Source: an uncultured Pelagibacteraceae bacterium
GTDB lineage: Bacteria; Pseudomonadota; Alphaproteobacteria; Pelagibacterales; AG-422-B15
Reading direction: 5' to 3'
Assembly (NCBI GenBank): GCA_902577765.1
Contig: CACHAK010000005.1
Coordinates: 3,283-67,282, forward strand
DNA length: 64,000 nucleotides
This document shows positions 9,158-17,915 of this stretch, piece after piece (positions within the stretch are counted from its first letter, which is position 1; each line of letters opens with the position of its first letter). The notes under the pieces were generated by a model, which was not told where the DNA came from, made no database searches, and worked only from the letters and a program-made list of their open reading frames with translations. The position numbers and the translations under genes were made by a program.

Positions 9158-9816
9158 CAACCGTTTCAGAGGCCGTAAACAATCGCCAATCAGTTAGAGC
9201 TTTTACAAAAAAGCTGGTATCGAATGAAATACTAGAAAGCCTAATTTATAAGTCTTCTAGATCCCCATCGGGAGGAAACTTACAGCCATGGAGAATATTT
9301 ATAATAAATGGGAACTCGATGAAACGTTTTCTTGAATTTCAGGATAAATGGAAGGGCACAGATACACCTGAGTACCCAATTTATCCTGCAAAACTAAAAG
9401 AGCCTTATAGAACTTCACGGTTTGAAGTTGGTGAACAGTTATATGGTTCTATTGGAATTGAAAGATCAGATTCGCAAGCAAGGGTAGATCAAATGCTTAA
9501 AAATTTCTCTTTTTTTGGTGCACCAGCAGCATTATTCTGTTTTGTAGACCGCCAAATGAACCAACCTCAGTGGTCAGATTTAGGAATGTTCCTACAAACA
9601 TTTATGCTACTTGCTCAAGAAGAAGGAATTGATACTTGTGCACAGGAATCTTGGTCACTTAGGCAGAAAATGGTATCTGAATTTGTTGAAGCTGACTCTG
9701 ATCTCATGTTATTCTGTGGTATGGCAATTGGATATAGAGATGTTTCCTCGCCTTTAAACAATTATAAAACGAATAGAAGACCAGTTGATACCTGGTGTAA
9801 AATTATAGATAAGTGA
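9154..9816 (+). CDS. Nitroreductase family protein
   Basis: RQSVRAF, SPSGGNLQPW, NFSFFGAPA, DLGMFLQTFML. Confidence 0.9.
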   Translation: MTTVSEAVNNRQSVRAFTKKLVSNEILESLIYKSSRSPSGGNLQPWRIFIINGNSMKRFLEFQDKWKGTDTPEYPIYPAKLKEPYRTSRFEVGEQLYGSIGIERSDSQARVDQMLKNFSFFGAPAALFCFVDRQMNQPQWSDLGMFLQTFMLLAQEEGIDTCAQESWSLRQKMVSEFVEADSDLMLFCGMAIGYRDVSSPLNNYKTNRRPVDTWCKIIDK

Positions 9817-10673
9817 CAGAAAAAAAATTTTTTAAATATGATGATAGGAGAATTGCTTACGTAGATGAAGGCGAAGGAGATCCTATAATCTTTTTTCATG
9901 GAAATCCCACATCATCTTTTTTATATAGAAATATAATTAAGAATCTTAAAAATCATTACAGATGTATTGCAGCTGATATGTTGGGCATGGGTGACTCAGA
10001 TAAGTTGGAAAATTCAGGTCATATGTCCTATACCTTTGAATTACATTATAAATATTTATCAGAATTTATTAGAAGCTTAGAATTAACTCAACCAGTTACA
10101 CTAGTTGGTCAGGATTGGGGAGGACCTCTTGCTATTAAATGGGCAAGAGAAAATAATGATAATGTTCGAGGTATTTGCTATTTTGAAACTGTAATTGCAC
10201 CAATTAAGTCAGATGAAATGGTTGAGCCAACTAGAGGACTTTTTCTTATGATTAGATCTGAAAAAGGAGACAAAAAAGTTCTTGAAGAAAACTTTTTTGT
10301 AGAAAAAATGCTCGGAACTGATCCCATAGAACCATTGAGTGATGAGGTTATGAATGAATACAGAAAACCATTTATTAATCCTGGTGAAGATAGAAGACCA
10401 ACATTAGATTGGCCTCGGCAAATTCCAATCGATAATGAACCAATTGAAGTTTATAATGAGGTTAAAGATAATTTGAAATTTATGATGGAAACTAATTTAC
10501 CAAAGTTCCTCATAGTAGGTAATCCTGGAAGAATAATGCCAAAACCCTTAATCGAATTTTGTAGAAAATTTAAGAATCAAAAGGAGATTACGGTAAAAGG
10601 ACACCATTTCCTTCAGGAAGAAGCACCAGACGAAATAAGTGATGGTTTAAAAGACTGGCTAAGCTCAATCTAA
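9813..10673 (+). CDS. Haloalkane dehalogenase (HLD-II, LinB/DhaA-like)
   Basis: FHGNPTSS, nucleophile QDWG, acid YFET, TLDWPRQIP, base GHHFLQE. Confidence 0.85.
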   Translation: MTEKKFFKYDDRRIAYVDEGEGDPIIFFHGNPTSSFLYRNIIKNLKNHYRCIAADMLGMGDSDKLENSGHMSYTFELHYKYLSEFIRSLELTQPVTLVGQDWGGPLAIKWARENNDNVRGICYFETVIAPIKSDEMVEPTRGLFLMIRSEKGDKKVLEENFFVEKMLGTDPIEPLSDEVMNEYRKPFINPGEDRRPTLDWPRQIPIDNEPIEVYNEVKDNLKFMMETNLPKFLIVGNPGRIMPKPLIEFCRKFKNQKEITVKGHHFLQEEAPDEISDGLKDWLSSI

Positions 10674-10674
10674 T

Positions 10675-11904
10675 TTATTTTTCTTCCGCAACGGGATATA
10701 ACTCCATAGAAACTGGAGACGCACGACTACTAACTAAAACAGTGGTACCTTGTTCTTCTAGTGGAACCGCAGTCCTTATTGTCATTCTATAAACTCCAAA
10801 TAGACCCAAACTTGTGTGTATAAGAAATAGGTATATCCAAAATCCAGAGGCGCCGATAACGTCAATCACAAATCCCCCTATGACAGGTCCTAATGTAAGA
10901 CCTATACCGCCTGCCAATTGAAGGCCAGAGCTTGCTGCAACCATTTCCCTTTTTGACAAAAAGTCATTTGTATGAGCAATCGAAAGTGCATAAAGAGGCA
11001 CAGTCAGACCTCCGAATATGAAAGTAATTGCCACGAGAACTGAGAAAGTATTACCAAAAATAAGAGCTAAAATAGAGAAGATACCTGCTAAAAAAGCAAC
11101 AATTACGATAATTGTTCTTCTGTCATACGTATCTGATAAATAGCCGATAAGATACTGATTGAGCGCTCCTCCAATAATAAATGTAAACATAAAAATTGAT
11201 ACTTGCTCAATTGATAGTCCACTTTTTAAACCATATATGGTTCCGATACCCCAAAGAGTTCCATGAGCTAAACCTGTCATCATAGCAGTAATCACTCCAA
11301 GAGGTGATGCTTCGTAAAGCTGTTTGATATTCAAAAACTCGGTAACACTGAAATCTGGCTGTTTACTTACAACAATTAATATTGGAACGAGAGAAATGGA
11401 AATTAGAATTGAAACGAGCATAAACAAAGATGCAGTTTCTGGGTTTGCTATATTTAGAAATAACTGACCTACTGCACTTCCAGCCATACTAACCATCATA
11501 TAAATAGATAAAGCTTTACCTCTATTATTATTTTCTGATAGGTCATTGATCCAACTTTCTGCAACGGTGTACATGCCTACAAAACATATTCCAGATATAA
11601 AACGCATTAAAAACCATCCAAAGAAACTTACATGAATTGAATGCAAGAGAATTGAGATAGAGGCTATTGATGCAAGCGCTGCAAACATTCTTACATGTCC
11701 GACACTTTTTATGCGACGGGGTATCAAGAGGGCTCCAGATAAGAATCCAGCATAATATCCAGTGAGTATAATACCTGCTGATGCAGCAGAGTACCCTTCG
11801 ATTGATGCTCTGACTCCTATCAAGCTACCTTGAAGCCCATTCGCAAGCATTATCATTGCAACACCAAAAAATAGGGCCCACGTTCCCTTAAGCAAGCTGT
11901 ACAT
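10675..11904 (-). CDS. MFS transporter (YcaD-like)
   Basis: About 12 hydrophobic segments; ESWIN, GYLSDTYDRR. Confidence 0.9.
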   Translation of the reverse strand: MYSLLKGTWALFFGVAMIMLANGLQGSLIGVRASIEGYSAASAGIILTGYYAGFLSGALLIPRRIKSVGHVRMFAALASIASISILLHSIHVSFFGWFLMRFISGICFVGMYTVAESWINDLSENNNRGKALSIYMMVSMAGSAVGQLFLNIANPETASLFMLVSILISISLVPILIVVSKQPDFSVTEFLNIKQLYEASPLGVITAMMTGLAHGTLWGIGTIYGLKSGLSIEQVSIFMFTFIIGGALNQYLIGYLSDTYDRRTIIVIVAFLAGIFSILALIFGNTFSVLVAITFIFGGLTVPLYALSIAHTNDFLSKREMVAASSGLQLAGGIGLTLGPVIGGFVIDVIGASGFWIYLFLIHTSLGLFGVYRMTIRTAVPLEEQGTTVLVSSRASPVSMELYPVAEEK

Positions 11905-11927
11905 ATATAAAAATTTATGAAGTTATT

Positions 11928-12425
11928 TCAAAGCCATCTTCTGACGGACTTCTTATAGTCTAAGTAAACATTTCCGAATTCTTTTTCAAGATATTTTTCT
12001 TCTGGAATTATTACTCCATACGTCAATAGCGGTATTGATATAGCTGCACTAATTACATACCACCAGGAGTTGAATGCTAGTCCGCAACTTAATAGAATTA
12101 TAACCATTGCTAAATAAATTGGATTTCTTGAGTATTTGAAAGTTCCGCCAACAAATAATTGATTTTGAACTGATTTTGGGTGAGGGTTTTCTTCATTGTC
12201 AGAAAATATTTTTAAGGTGTAAATAGCCATTAAAAATGAGCAAACTGCAATAATTAACCCGATGATTAAAACTATTATACTTCCCTTAAAGAGGGGTAAA
12301 TGTATGAAAAAACTATCAAGGAGGCTTGATGCTATCAATCCAATCATTAAGGCGTAAGGAGGAAAAAACGTTGTCCTAGCCCCTTGGGCTCTGACTGGTT
12401 TTATAGGATCTTTATTGTTTGCCAT
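11928..12425 (-). CDS. Isoprenylcysteine carboxyl methyltransferase / PEMT-family membrane methyltransferase
   Basis: GGTFKYSRNPIYL, EEKYLEKEFG..Y..YKKSVRRWL. Confidence 0.85.
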   Translation of the reverse strand: MANNKDPIKPVRAQGARTTFFPPYALMIGLIASSLLDSFFIHLPLFKGSIIVLIIGLIIAVCSFLMAIYTLKIFSDNEENPHPKSVQNQLFVGGTFKYSRNPIYLAMVIILLSCGLAFNSWWYVISAAISIPLLTYGVIIPEEKYLEKEFGNVYLDYKKSVRRWL

Positions 12426-12499
12426 ATTTATGTTTAATTAATTGAATTATCTAATTTTTTAAGTTAAACCCACCCTAAATTATTTGACAAGTATAAATT

Positions 12500-12964
12500 A
12501 TGTTTAAGAAAAGACAATCAGTACAGCAAGTTGAAGAGAGCAATGAACTTGCCCCTAAATTTGATGATAATGGTTTGATAGTTGTTACAACAGTTGATTA
12601 TCGAACTAATGAAATTTTAATGACAGGTTTTATGAATGAAGAGGCACTTGAAAAAACTATTACAAAGAAAGAAGCATTCTACTTTAGCAGAAGCCGAAAT
12701 GCCTTATGGCATAAAGGGGCTAAAAGTGGATATACTCAGAAAGTAAAGGAAATCCTAATAGACGATGATCAAGATGCTCTTTGTTTGAAGGTTGATATAG
12801 GAAAAAATGGTGCTAGTTGTCATGTTGGTTATAAGTCTTGTTTTTACCGCGAAATTGACTTAGAAGATACTGCAAATAAGTCTGGATTAAGGTTCACTAC
12901 AGAAGAAAAAGTTTTTGATCCTGATGAAGTTTACGGAGATGAACCTAATCCAACTAAATTATAA
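12500..12964 (+). CDS. hisI: Phosphoribosyl-AMP cyclohydrolase
   Basis: FYFSRSRNALWHKG..SG, DDDQD, SCHVGYKSCFY. Confidence 0.9.
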   Translation: MFKKRQSVQQVEESNELAPKFDDNGLIVVTTVDYRTNEILMTGFMNEEALEKTITKKEAFYFSRSRNALWHKGAKSGYTQKVKEILIDDDQDALCLKVDIGKNGASCHVGYKSCFYREIDLEDTANKSGLRFTTEEKVFDPDEVYGDEPNPTKL

Positions 12965-12975
12965 AGGAAAGTTAA

Positions 12976-13161
12976 ATGGCTGTCCCAAAGAGTAAGATAT
13001 CGAATTCTAAAAGAGGCATGAGACGATCTCATTTACGTCTAAAGGGAAAAAATTTTATTGAAGATAAAGAGTCTGGTGAAATGAGACTTTCTCACCATGT
13101 TGATATGACAACTGGTACTTATAATGGAAAGAAAATCTTTACACCAAAAGCAGAAAAATAA
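12976..13161 (+). CDS. rpmF: 50S ribosomal protein L32 (Cys-free, Zn-independent form)
   Basis: MAVPKSKISNSKRGMRRSH ... HHVD..TGTYNG. Confidence 0.95.
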   Translation: MAVPKSKISNSKRGMRRSHLRLKGKNFIEDKESGEMRLSHHVDMTTGTYNGKKIFTPKAEK

Positions 13162-13162
13162 T

Positions 13163-14146
13163 TTAACCCCAACAAAGATCTTCCTTAACTAGCATCATAC
13201 CTTTTTCATAAATAAGTCCGTTTTTTCTATCGTTAGCTATAAAGCAAGGTCCATCGAGATCTATAAAATCTGCGTATTCATATAGCGGTAATAACGGCAA
13301 CATTGATAAGGAACTTGAGACCATGCATCCAAGCATGATATTTAGATCTAACTTTTTTGCTTCTTTGACTATTTTTAATGCTTCTGAAAGGCCACCAGTT
13401 TTGTCAAGTTTAATATTTATCGTATTATATTTATGAGCCATTTTTGCCAAATCAGAACTGTCATGAAATGACTCATCTGCACAAATAGAAATAGGAAAAT
13501 TTAATCCTTTTAACTCATTGTCATTTTCAGATAATAGTGGTTGTTCTATTAAATCAATCTTTGTTTTAACAAATAAATCAGCGTTTGATTTTAAGTCATC
13601 TATATTGAATGCCTCGTTAGCATCAACGATTATTACTTTATTTGGAGAAAGTTCTCTTGTTTTTGTTAAGATTTTGTGAAGATTGTTTTTATTAACTTTT
13701 AATTTTAATGTTGGAAATTCTTGATGATTACTAACATCCTCTATCATTTTTTCTGGTTCATCTAATACTACGGTATAGCTACCAGGTAATGTAGTCGGCT
13801 TTGTAACTCCCATTACTTTCCAAATCGAGGTATTTTTCATCTTACATTCGAGATCCCACATTGCGCAGTCAATTGCATTTCTTGCTGCCCCATTTTTTAA
13901 GAAACGATCGAGATTAGTTAAGTTGATATTACCTTCTTCAATTTCAGGTATTAAATTGTGAATTTCCGAAGTTACACTATCAATAGTTTCATCATACCTT
14001 TTATAAGGAACACACTCGCCATAACCATAGAAATTATTAGTTTCTATCTTTACTTCGATTGTTTCGGCTGTAGTTTTAGAGCCTCTAGAAATATTAAATG
14101 ATTTATTTAAATCCCAAGATATATGCTTTATCTGAATGTTGGACAT
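13163..14146 (-). CDS. dgcA: N-acetyl-D-Glu racemase / L-Ala-D/L-Glu epimerase (enolase superfamily)
   Basis: KxK (KLKV), DANE, EQP, ADES, NIKLDKTGG, DLDG; adjacent to DUF1611. Likely start 14146 (track 14188). Confidence 0.85.
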   Translation of the reverse strand: MSNIQIKHISWDLNKSFNISRGSKTTAETIEVKIETNNFYGYGECVPYKRYDETIDSVTSEIHNLIPEIEEGNINLTNLDRFLKNGAARNAIDCAMWDLECKMKNTSIWKVMGVTKPTTLPGSYTVVLDEPEKMIEDVSNHQEFPTLKLKVNKNNLHKILTKTRELSPNKVIIVDANEAFNIDDLKSNADLFVKTKIDLIEQPLLSENDNELKGLNFPISICADESFHDSSDLAKMAHKYNTINIKLDKTGGLSEALKIVKEAKKLDLNIMLGCMVSSSLSMLPLLPLYEYADFIDLDGPCFIANDRKNGLIYEKGMMLVKEDLCWG

Positions 14147-14153
14147 TAATGTT

Positions 14154-15149
14154 TCAAATTTTTTCAATAATCCGAATGAATGGATCAAGGTTGTCTTGTA
14201 AAGGGTCTAAACATGGCAAGTTATATTCTTTAGATAATCTGTCCTTATGATCACTTGCCTCAGATTGACAATTTGATGTATTAAGTGCAATGCCAATACA
14301 TTGTATTTGCTTATTAGTGAGCTTACCATTTTGAATTGTCTGATCGATAACCTCTCTGATGCTCGGTAAAGGTGTATCCACGCCCCTCATATTAGTTCGT
14401 GTTGGTTCATGACATACAACAAATGCATCTGGTTGGCTTCCATGAAGCAATCCAAGTGAAACTCCTGCGAATGAAGGATGAAATAGAGATCCCTGACCTT
14501 CAATAATATCCCAGTGATTATCATCATTGTCAGGCGATAACCATTCAACTGCTCCTGAGATAAAATCAGAAACAATAGCATCAATCGCAATGCCACTTTC
14601 TGCAATTAAGATTCCAGTTTGTCCAGTTGCCTTGAAAGATGCATCTATTTGATTGCTCTGCATCGCTTTTTCAATTGCGAGTGCTGTATATTTCTTTCCC
14701 ACAGAACAATCTGTTCCAACAGTAAGGAGTCTTTTGCCTGATCGTTTTCCTCCTTTTCCTGTCTGAAATTGTTTATCACTAAACCGTAAATCATGAAGTT
14801 GAACATTGTTTCTTTCAGCTGCCTCTGCAATTACACTAAACGAAGATAGTCTTGAATGCATTCCGCTGGCTACATTCATTCCAGATGATATTGCATTAAT
14901 TATAATGGATTTCCATTCTTCAGGCATAACACCTCCGGCATTCACCACGCCAATAACAAATGTCTTAGCGCCATTCTTAACAGCTTCCTCTATACTCATT
15001 TCTTGTAAACCTAAGCTTGATTTAGCATTTGGAAGTCTCATTTGGCCAATGCACCAATCTGGACGCCAGTAATTAACCCCTGCAGCAGTTTTTATTGCCA
15101 AATCATCTTGAGCATCACCAAGAAATAATAAATACGGTTTTGATATCAT
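14154..15149 (-). CDS. dgcN: D-glutamate N-acetyltransferase (DUF1611 family)
   Basis: GTDCSVGKKYT, ATGQTG, EGQGSLFHP, GLLHGSQPD. Confidence 0.9.
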   Translation of the reverse strand: MISKPYLLFLGDAQDDLAIKTAAGVNYWRPDWCIGQMRLPNAKSSLGLQEMSIEEAVKNGAKTFVIGVVNAGGVMPEEWKSIIINAISSGMNVASGMHSRLSSFSVIAEAAERNNVQLHDLRFSDKQFQTGKGGKRSGKRLLTVGTDCSVGKKYTALAIEKAMQSNQIDASFKATGQTGILIAESGIAIDAIVSDFISGAVEWLSPDNDDNHWDIIEGQGSLFHPSFAGVSLGLLHGSQPDAFVVCHEPTRTNMRGVDTPLPSIREVIDQTIQNGKLTNKQIQCIGIALNTSNCQSEASDHKDRLSKEYNLPCLDPLQDNLDPFIRIIEKI

Positions 15150-15170
15150 GTTAATAAGCTGTTGCTTGAG

Positions 15171-15215
15171 TGGGGATAAGTGAGCTTAATTCGTGTGGAT
15201 AACTTTTTTGCATAA
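15171..15215 (-). promoter_or_regulatory. Cluster of co-oriented DnaA boxes
   Basis: TGTGGATAA at 15194-15202 is a perfect TTATCCACA. TGGGGATAA (15171-15179) and TTTGCATAA (15207-15215) each have one mismatch to TTWTNCACA. Confidence 0.6.
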
Positions 15216-15223
15216 ATAACCCC

Positions 15224-15252
15224 TTGTTTCAAAAAAAATACCTTTCTAAGAT
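15224..15252 (+). promoter_or_regulatory. Sigma70-type promoter candidate
   Basis: TTGTTT (15224-15229), 17-nt spacer, TAAGAT (15247-15252). Confidence 0.5.
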
Positions 15253-15257
15253 GATCG

Positions 15258-15345
15258 TTCGCAATGAGACGTTCATGCGTTTCGGGGTTCGACCGGCCCC
15301 AGAAAAAGCGCTAAAGTGAGAAAATTCTTGCCTTGGCGCTTTTTT
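15258..15345 (+). ncRNA. Candidate structured sRNA or leader RNA (three hairpins, ending in a terminator)
   Basis: GC-rich island in an AT-rich intergenic region. Hairpins at 15260-15279, 15284-15300 and 15303-15344, then a U-tract. Confidence 0.55.
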
Positions 15346-15400
15346 GATGTATTTGATCCCCTTAAGCAATGCATTTTTAAATATTCTTAAAAAAATCTCA

Positions 15401-15721
15401 ATGGCAAAGATCAAATATATCGAATTTAGCGGCGCGGAGCACGAAATTAATGTCAGTAGTGGACTGACTGTCATGGAGGGTGCGATTAAGAATAAAATAC
15501 CTGGCATCGATGCAGATTGTGGCGGTGCATGCGCATGTGCAACTTGCCATGTATATGTAGCAAAAGAATGGATAGAAAAACTGCCTCCAAAAGAGGATTC
15601 TGAAGAAGATATGCTAGATTTTGCTTTCGACGTAAAAGATAATAGCAGATTAAGCTGTCAAATTACTGTTTCTGACGAGCTAGACGGTTTAGTTGTTAAT
15701 ATGCCTGAGAAGCAGTTTTAA
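15401..15721 (+). CDS. 2Fe-2S ferredoxin (adrenodoxin/FdVI type)
   Basis: [11 protein letters not shown] ... RLSCQI; likely start MAKIKYIE at 15401 (track 15344). Confidence 0.95.
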   Translation: MAKIKYIEFSGAEHEINVSSGLTVMEGAIKNKIPGIDADCGGACACATCHVYVAKEWIEKLPPKEDSEEDMLDFAFDVKDNSRLSCQITVSDELDGLVVNMPEKQF

Positions 15722-16245
15722 GACCCCTCAAGACTACAGCCTAAACTATTTTGTATCTCATTTAATTTATCAATTTTAGAACCATCTCCTATAAATTGTC
15801 TCATTAACATAAGGCCTTTATTAGACGGAGAAACAACAATAAACCCATCATTTACCTTAGTTGGCATAGAATTTGGTCCAAACAAATAAATTTTAAGCTT
15901 ACCAAAGTTGTGCGCATTTTCATTTATTGTAGAAAAGTTGTCAGTGTTCTCTGAAAAGAACGATATCGACCAGTAAGACTCAGGTATTTCAGTTTCTATA
16001 ACCAATGGAAAGTAACTAACGTCATAAGCGCATCCACCATAAAGTATATCAGCGCTTGGTCTTATAACTTCTGTAAATTCTGAGTCAGGTAAATCACGAG
16101 CAAAGGAATTATTAATCATATTTTGATCTTCCCAATTTCTACCGATAAACATCATCATTAAACTAGGTGTGTAGTAAATTATCACTAGATGAAGTGAAAA
16201 CCCAATGAGCACAAGTGCAAATAATTTTTTTGCTAAATTACTCAT
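15718..16245 (-). CDS. DUF1254-like membrane-anchored protein
   Basis: N-terminal TM helix; [22 protein letters not shown]. Likely start 16245 (track 16266). Confidence 0.7.
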   Translation of the reverse strand: MSNLAKKLFALVLIGFSLHLVIIYYTPSLMMMFIGRNWEDQNMINNSFARDLPDSEFTEVIRPSADILYGGCAYDVSYFPLVIETEIPESYWSISFFSENTDNFSTINENAHNFGKLKIYLFGPNSMPTKVNDGFIVVSPSNKGLMLMRQFIGDGSKIDKLNEIQNSLGCSLEGS

Positions 16246-16837
16246 CACCACACTCCAATTTTTCAATAACTGGTAAATCCACTCTCTTTAATTTTGAGAA
16301 ATATTCTTCGCCTGGTAAATAAATTCTTAATGCGACAGAAAAACTCTCATCACTAGGTGTTCTCATCCAATTTTTGTCGGCTATTTTTGAAATAAAATTA
16401 TTGTCACTAGTTAAAAAAATATCGAACCCACCATCAATATTGAAATCAATTGTTTCACTATTTAAAGCATATATTTTTTCATTATTTTCAACTAAATAAC
16501 CTTCCTCATTGTAGACAGTGATGCTCCACCATCTAGATTCAATGTCATTACCAAATAAATGATAATTGCAGTTGCCTTGTAATTCTAGTTCTTCAATGTC
16601 ATTAAATGCATGGAAATATGCAGCTTCAGGCTTTGCCAAAGCAAATGTTCCTCTCATTGCGACAGCGGCCCTTGTGTAAATATCTCTATTTTTATCGCCT
16701 GGAGATGGCAAAATTTGCCAATTGTCGTTCTTGATAAATGCAAATTCTTCGTAAAGCTTGGCGGAGGCATAAGTAAAGGCTACAGCAATCAATATTACTG
16801 CAATTAAATATAATAGGTATCTGCGCAATAAAATCAT
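16238..16837 (-). CDS. DUF1214-like membrane-anchored protein
   Basis: N-terminal TM helix; RAAVA, EAAYF, RWWSITVYN, LRIYLP. Confidence 0.75.
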   Translation of the reverse strand: MILLRRYLLYLIAVILIAVAFTYASAKLYEEFAFIKNDNWQILPSPGDKNRDIYTRAAVAMRGTFALAKPEAAYFHAFNDIEELELQGNCNYHLFGNDIESRWWSITVYNEEGYLVENNEKIYALNSETIDFNIDGGFDIFLTSDNNFISKIADKNWMRTPSDESFSVALRIYLPGEEYFSKLKRVDLPVIEKLECGDE

Positions 16838-16889
16838 TGTATAATCAATAAGTAATATTATTTATTATCATATAACAAGGAATAAATAT

Positions 16890-17915
16890 ATGTCTGAAAC
16901 TATCAAGACAGATTGTCTAATAATTGGAGCGGGCCCTGTGGGTCTGTTTGCAGTATTTGAGTTGGGTATATTAGGACTTGATAGTCACGTTGTAGATAAT
17001 CTTGACAAAATTGGAGGACAATGTGCTGAATTATATCCAGACAAACCAATTTACGATATACCCGCGCTTCCAGAGTGTACTGGATTATCATTAATTGAAA
17101 ATTTACAAAAACAAATCAAGCCATTTAATACGCCGTTTCACCTAAATGAAAGAATTGATGAAATAATAAATACTGGCAACTTATGGAAACTTAAAACTAC
17201 GGGTAATAAAGTTTTTGAAACTCCTAATATATTTATAGCTGGTGGCGTTGGCTCATTCGAGCCACGAAAACCACCAATTGAAAATGTATCTAAATATGAA
17301 AATAAAGGCATTCAATATTCGATACCTGATAAAAACTTTTATAAGGATAAAAAGATTATAATTTTTGGCGGAGGTGATAGCGCACTTGACTGGACTGTTG
17401 AACTTTCAAAAATTGCTTCTCATGTAACATTAGTTCATAGACGTGACGAGTTTAAAGCAGCTAATCACACAGTTAATTTAATGAAACAACTCGTTAAAGA
17501 AGGTCAAGTTGAATTGATCACTAAAAATCAAATTGGTGATGTTCAGGGCAGTAATAGAGTCGAAAAAGCAATCATTAAAGATATTGATGGACACGAAAAA
17601 ATAATAGAATGTGACGAAATTTTAATTTTTTATGGACTTAAAATGGAGCTTGGACCTATCAATGATTGGGGCTTAAATTTAAATGAAAAACAAATTGAGG
17701 TAAATACAGAAAATTTTGAAACAAATTTACCAGGTGTATTTGCAATGGGAGATATCTCTCATTATCCAGGTAAACTAAAGTTAATTCTATCAGGCTTTCA
17801 TGAAGCCGCCCTGGCAGCACAGAAAGCATTTATACGTGCTAGACCAGATGAAACGCTAACTTTTCGATATACAACTTCATCAAGCGATATTCAAAAAAAA
17901 TTAGGTGTAAAATAA
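16890..17915 (+). CDS. Ferredoxin--NADP(+) reductase, thioredoxin-reductase type
   Basis: IIGAGPVG, GGQCAELYPDKPIYDIP, GGGDSALDW, YPGKLKLILSGFHE; no CxxC. Confidence 0.9.
   Translation: MSETIKTDCLIIGAGPVGLFAVFELGILGLDSHVVDNLDKIGGQCAELYPDKPIYDIPALPECTGLSLIENLQKQIKPFNTPFHLNERIDEIINTGNLWKLKTTGNKVFETPNIFIAGGVGSFEPRKPPIENVSKYENKGIQYSIPDKNFYKDKKIIIFGGGDSALDWTVELSKIASHVTLVHRRDEFKAANHTVNLMKQLVKEGQVELITKNQIGDVQGSNRVEKAIIKDIDGHEKIIECDEILIFYGLKMELGPINDWGLNLNEKQIEVNTENFETNLPGVFAMGDISHYPGKLKLILSGFHEAALAAQKAFIRARPDETLTFRYTTSSSDIQKKLGVK

Noticed and set aside
12976-13161. Cys-free L32 as a zinc-sparing paralog
   Set aside because: The Cys-free form is the normal alphaproteobacterial type and no Zur-like context is visible.
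15284-15300. GGTTCGA T-loop-like sequence suggesting a tRNA or tmRNA end
   Set aside because: No acceptor stem, D-arm, anticodon arm or CCA can be built around it; treated as a hairpin of the candidate RNA.
15229-15507. 92-aa minus-strand ORF across the candidate RNA
   Set aside because: Overlaps the ferredoxin start antisense, has no recognisable features, and is explained by the GC-rich RNA and ferredoxin sequence.
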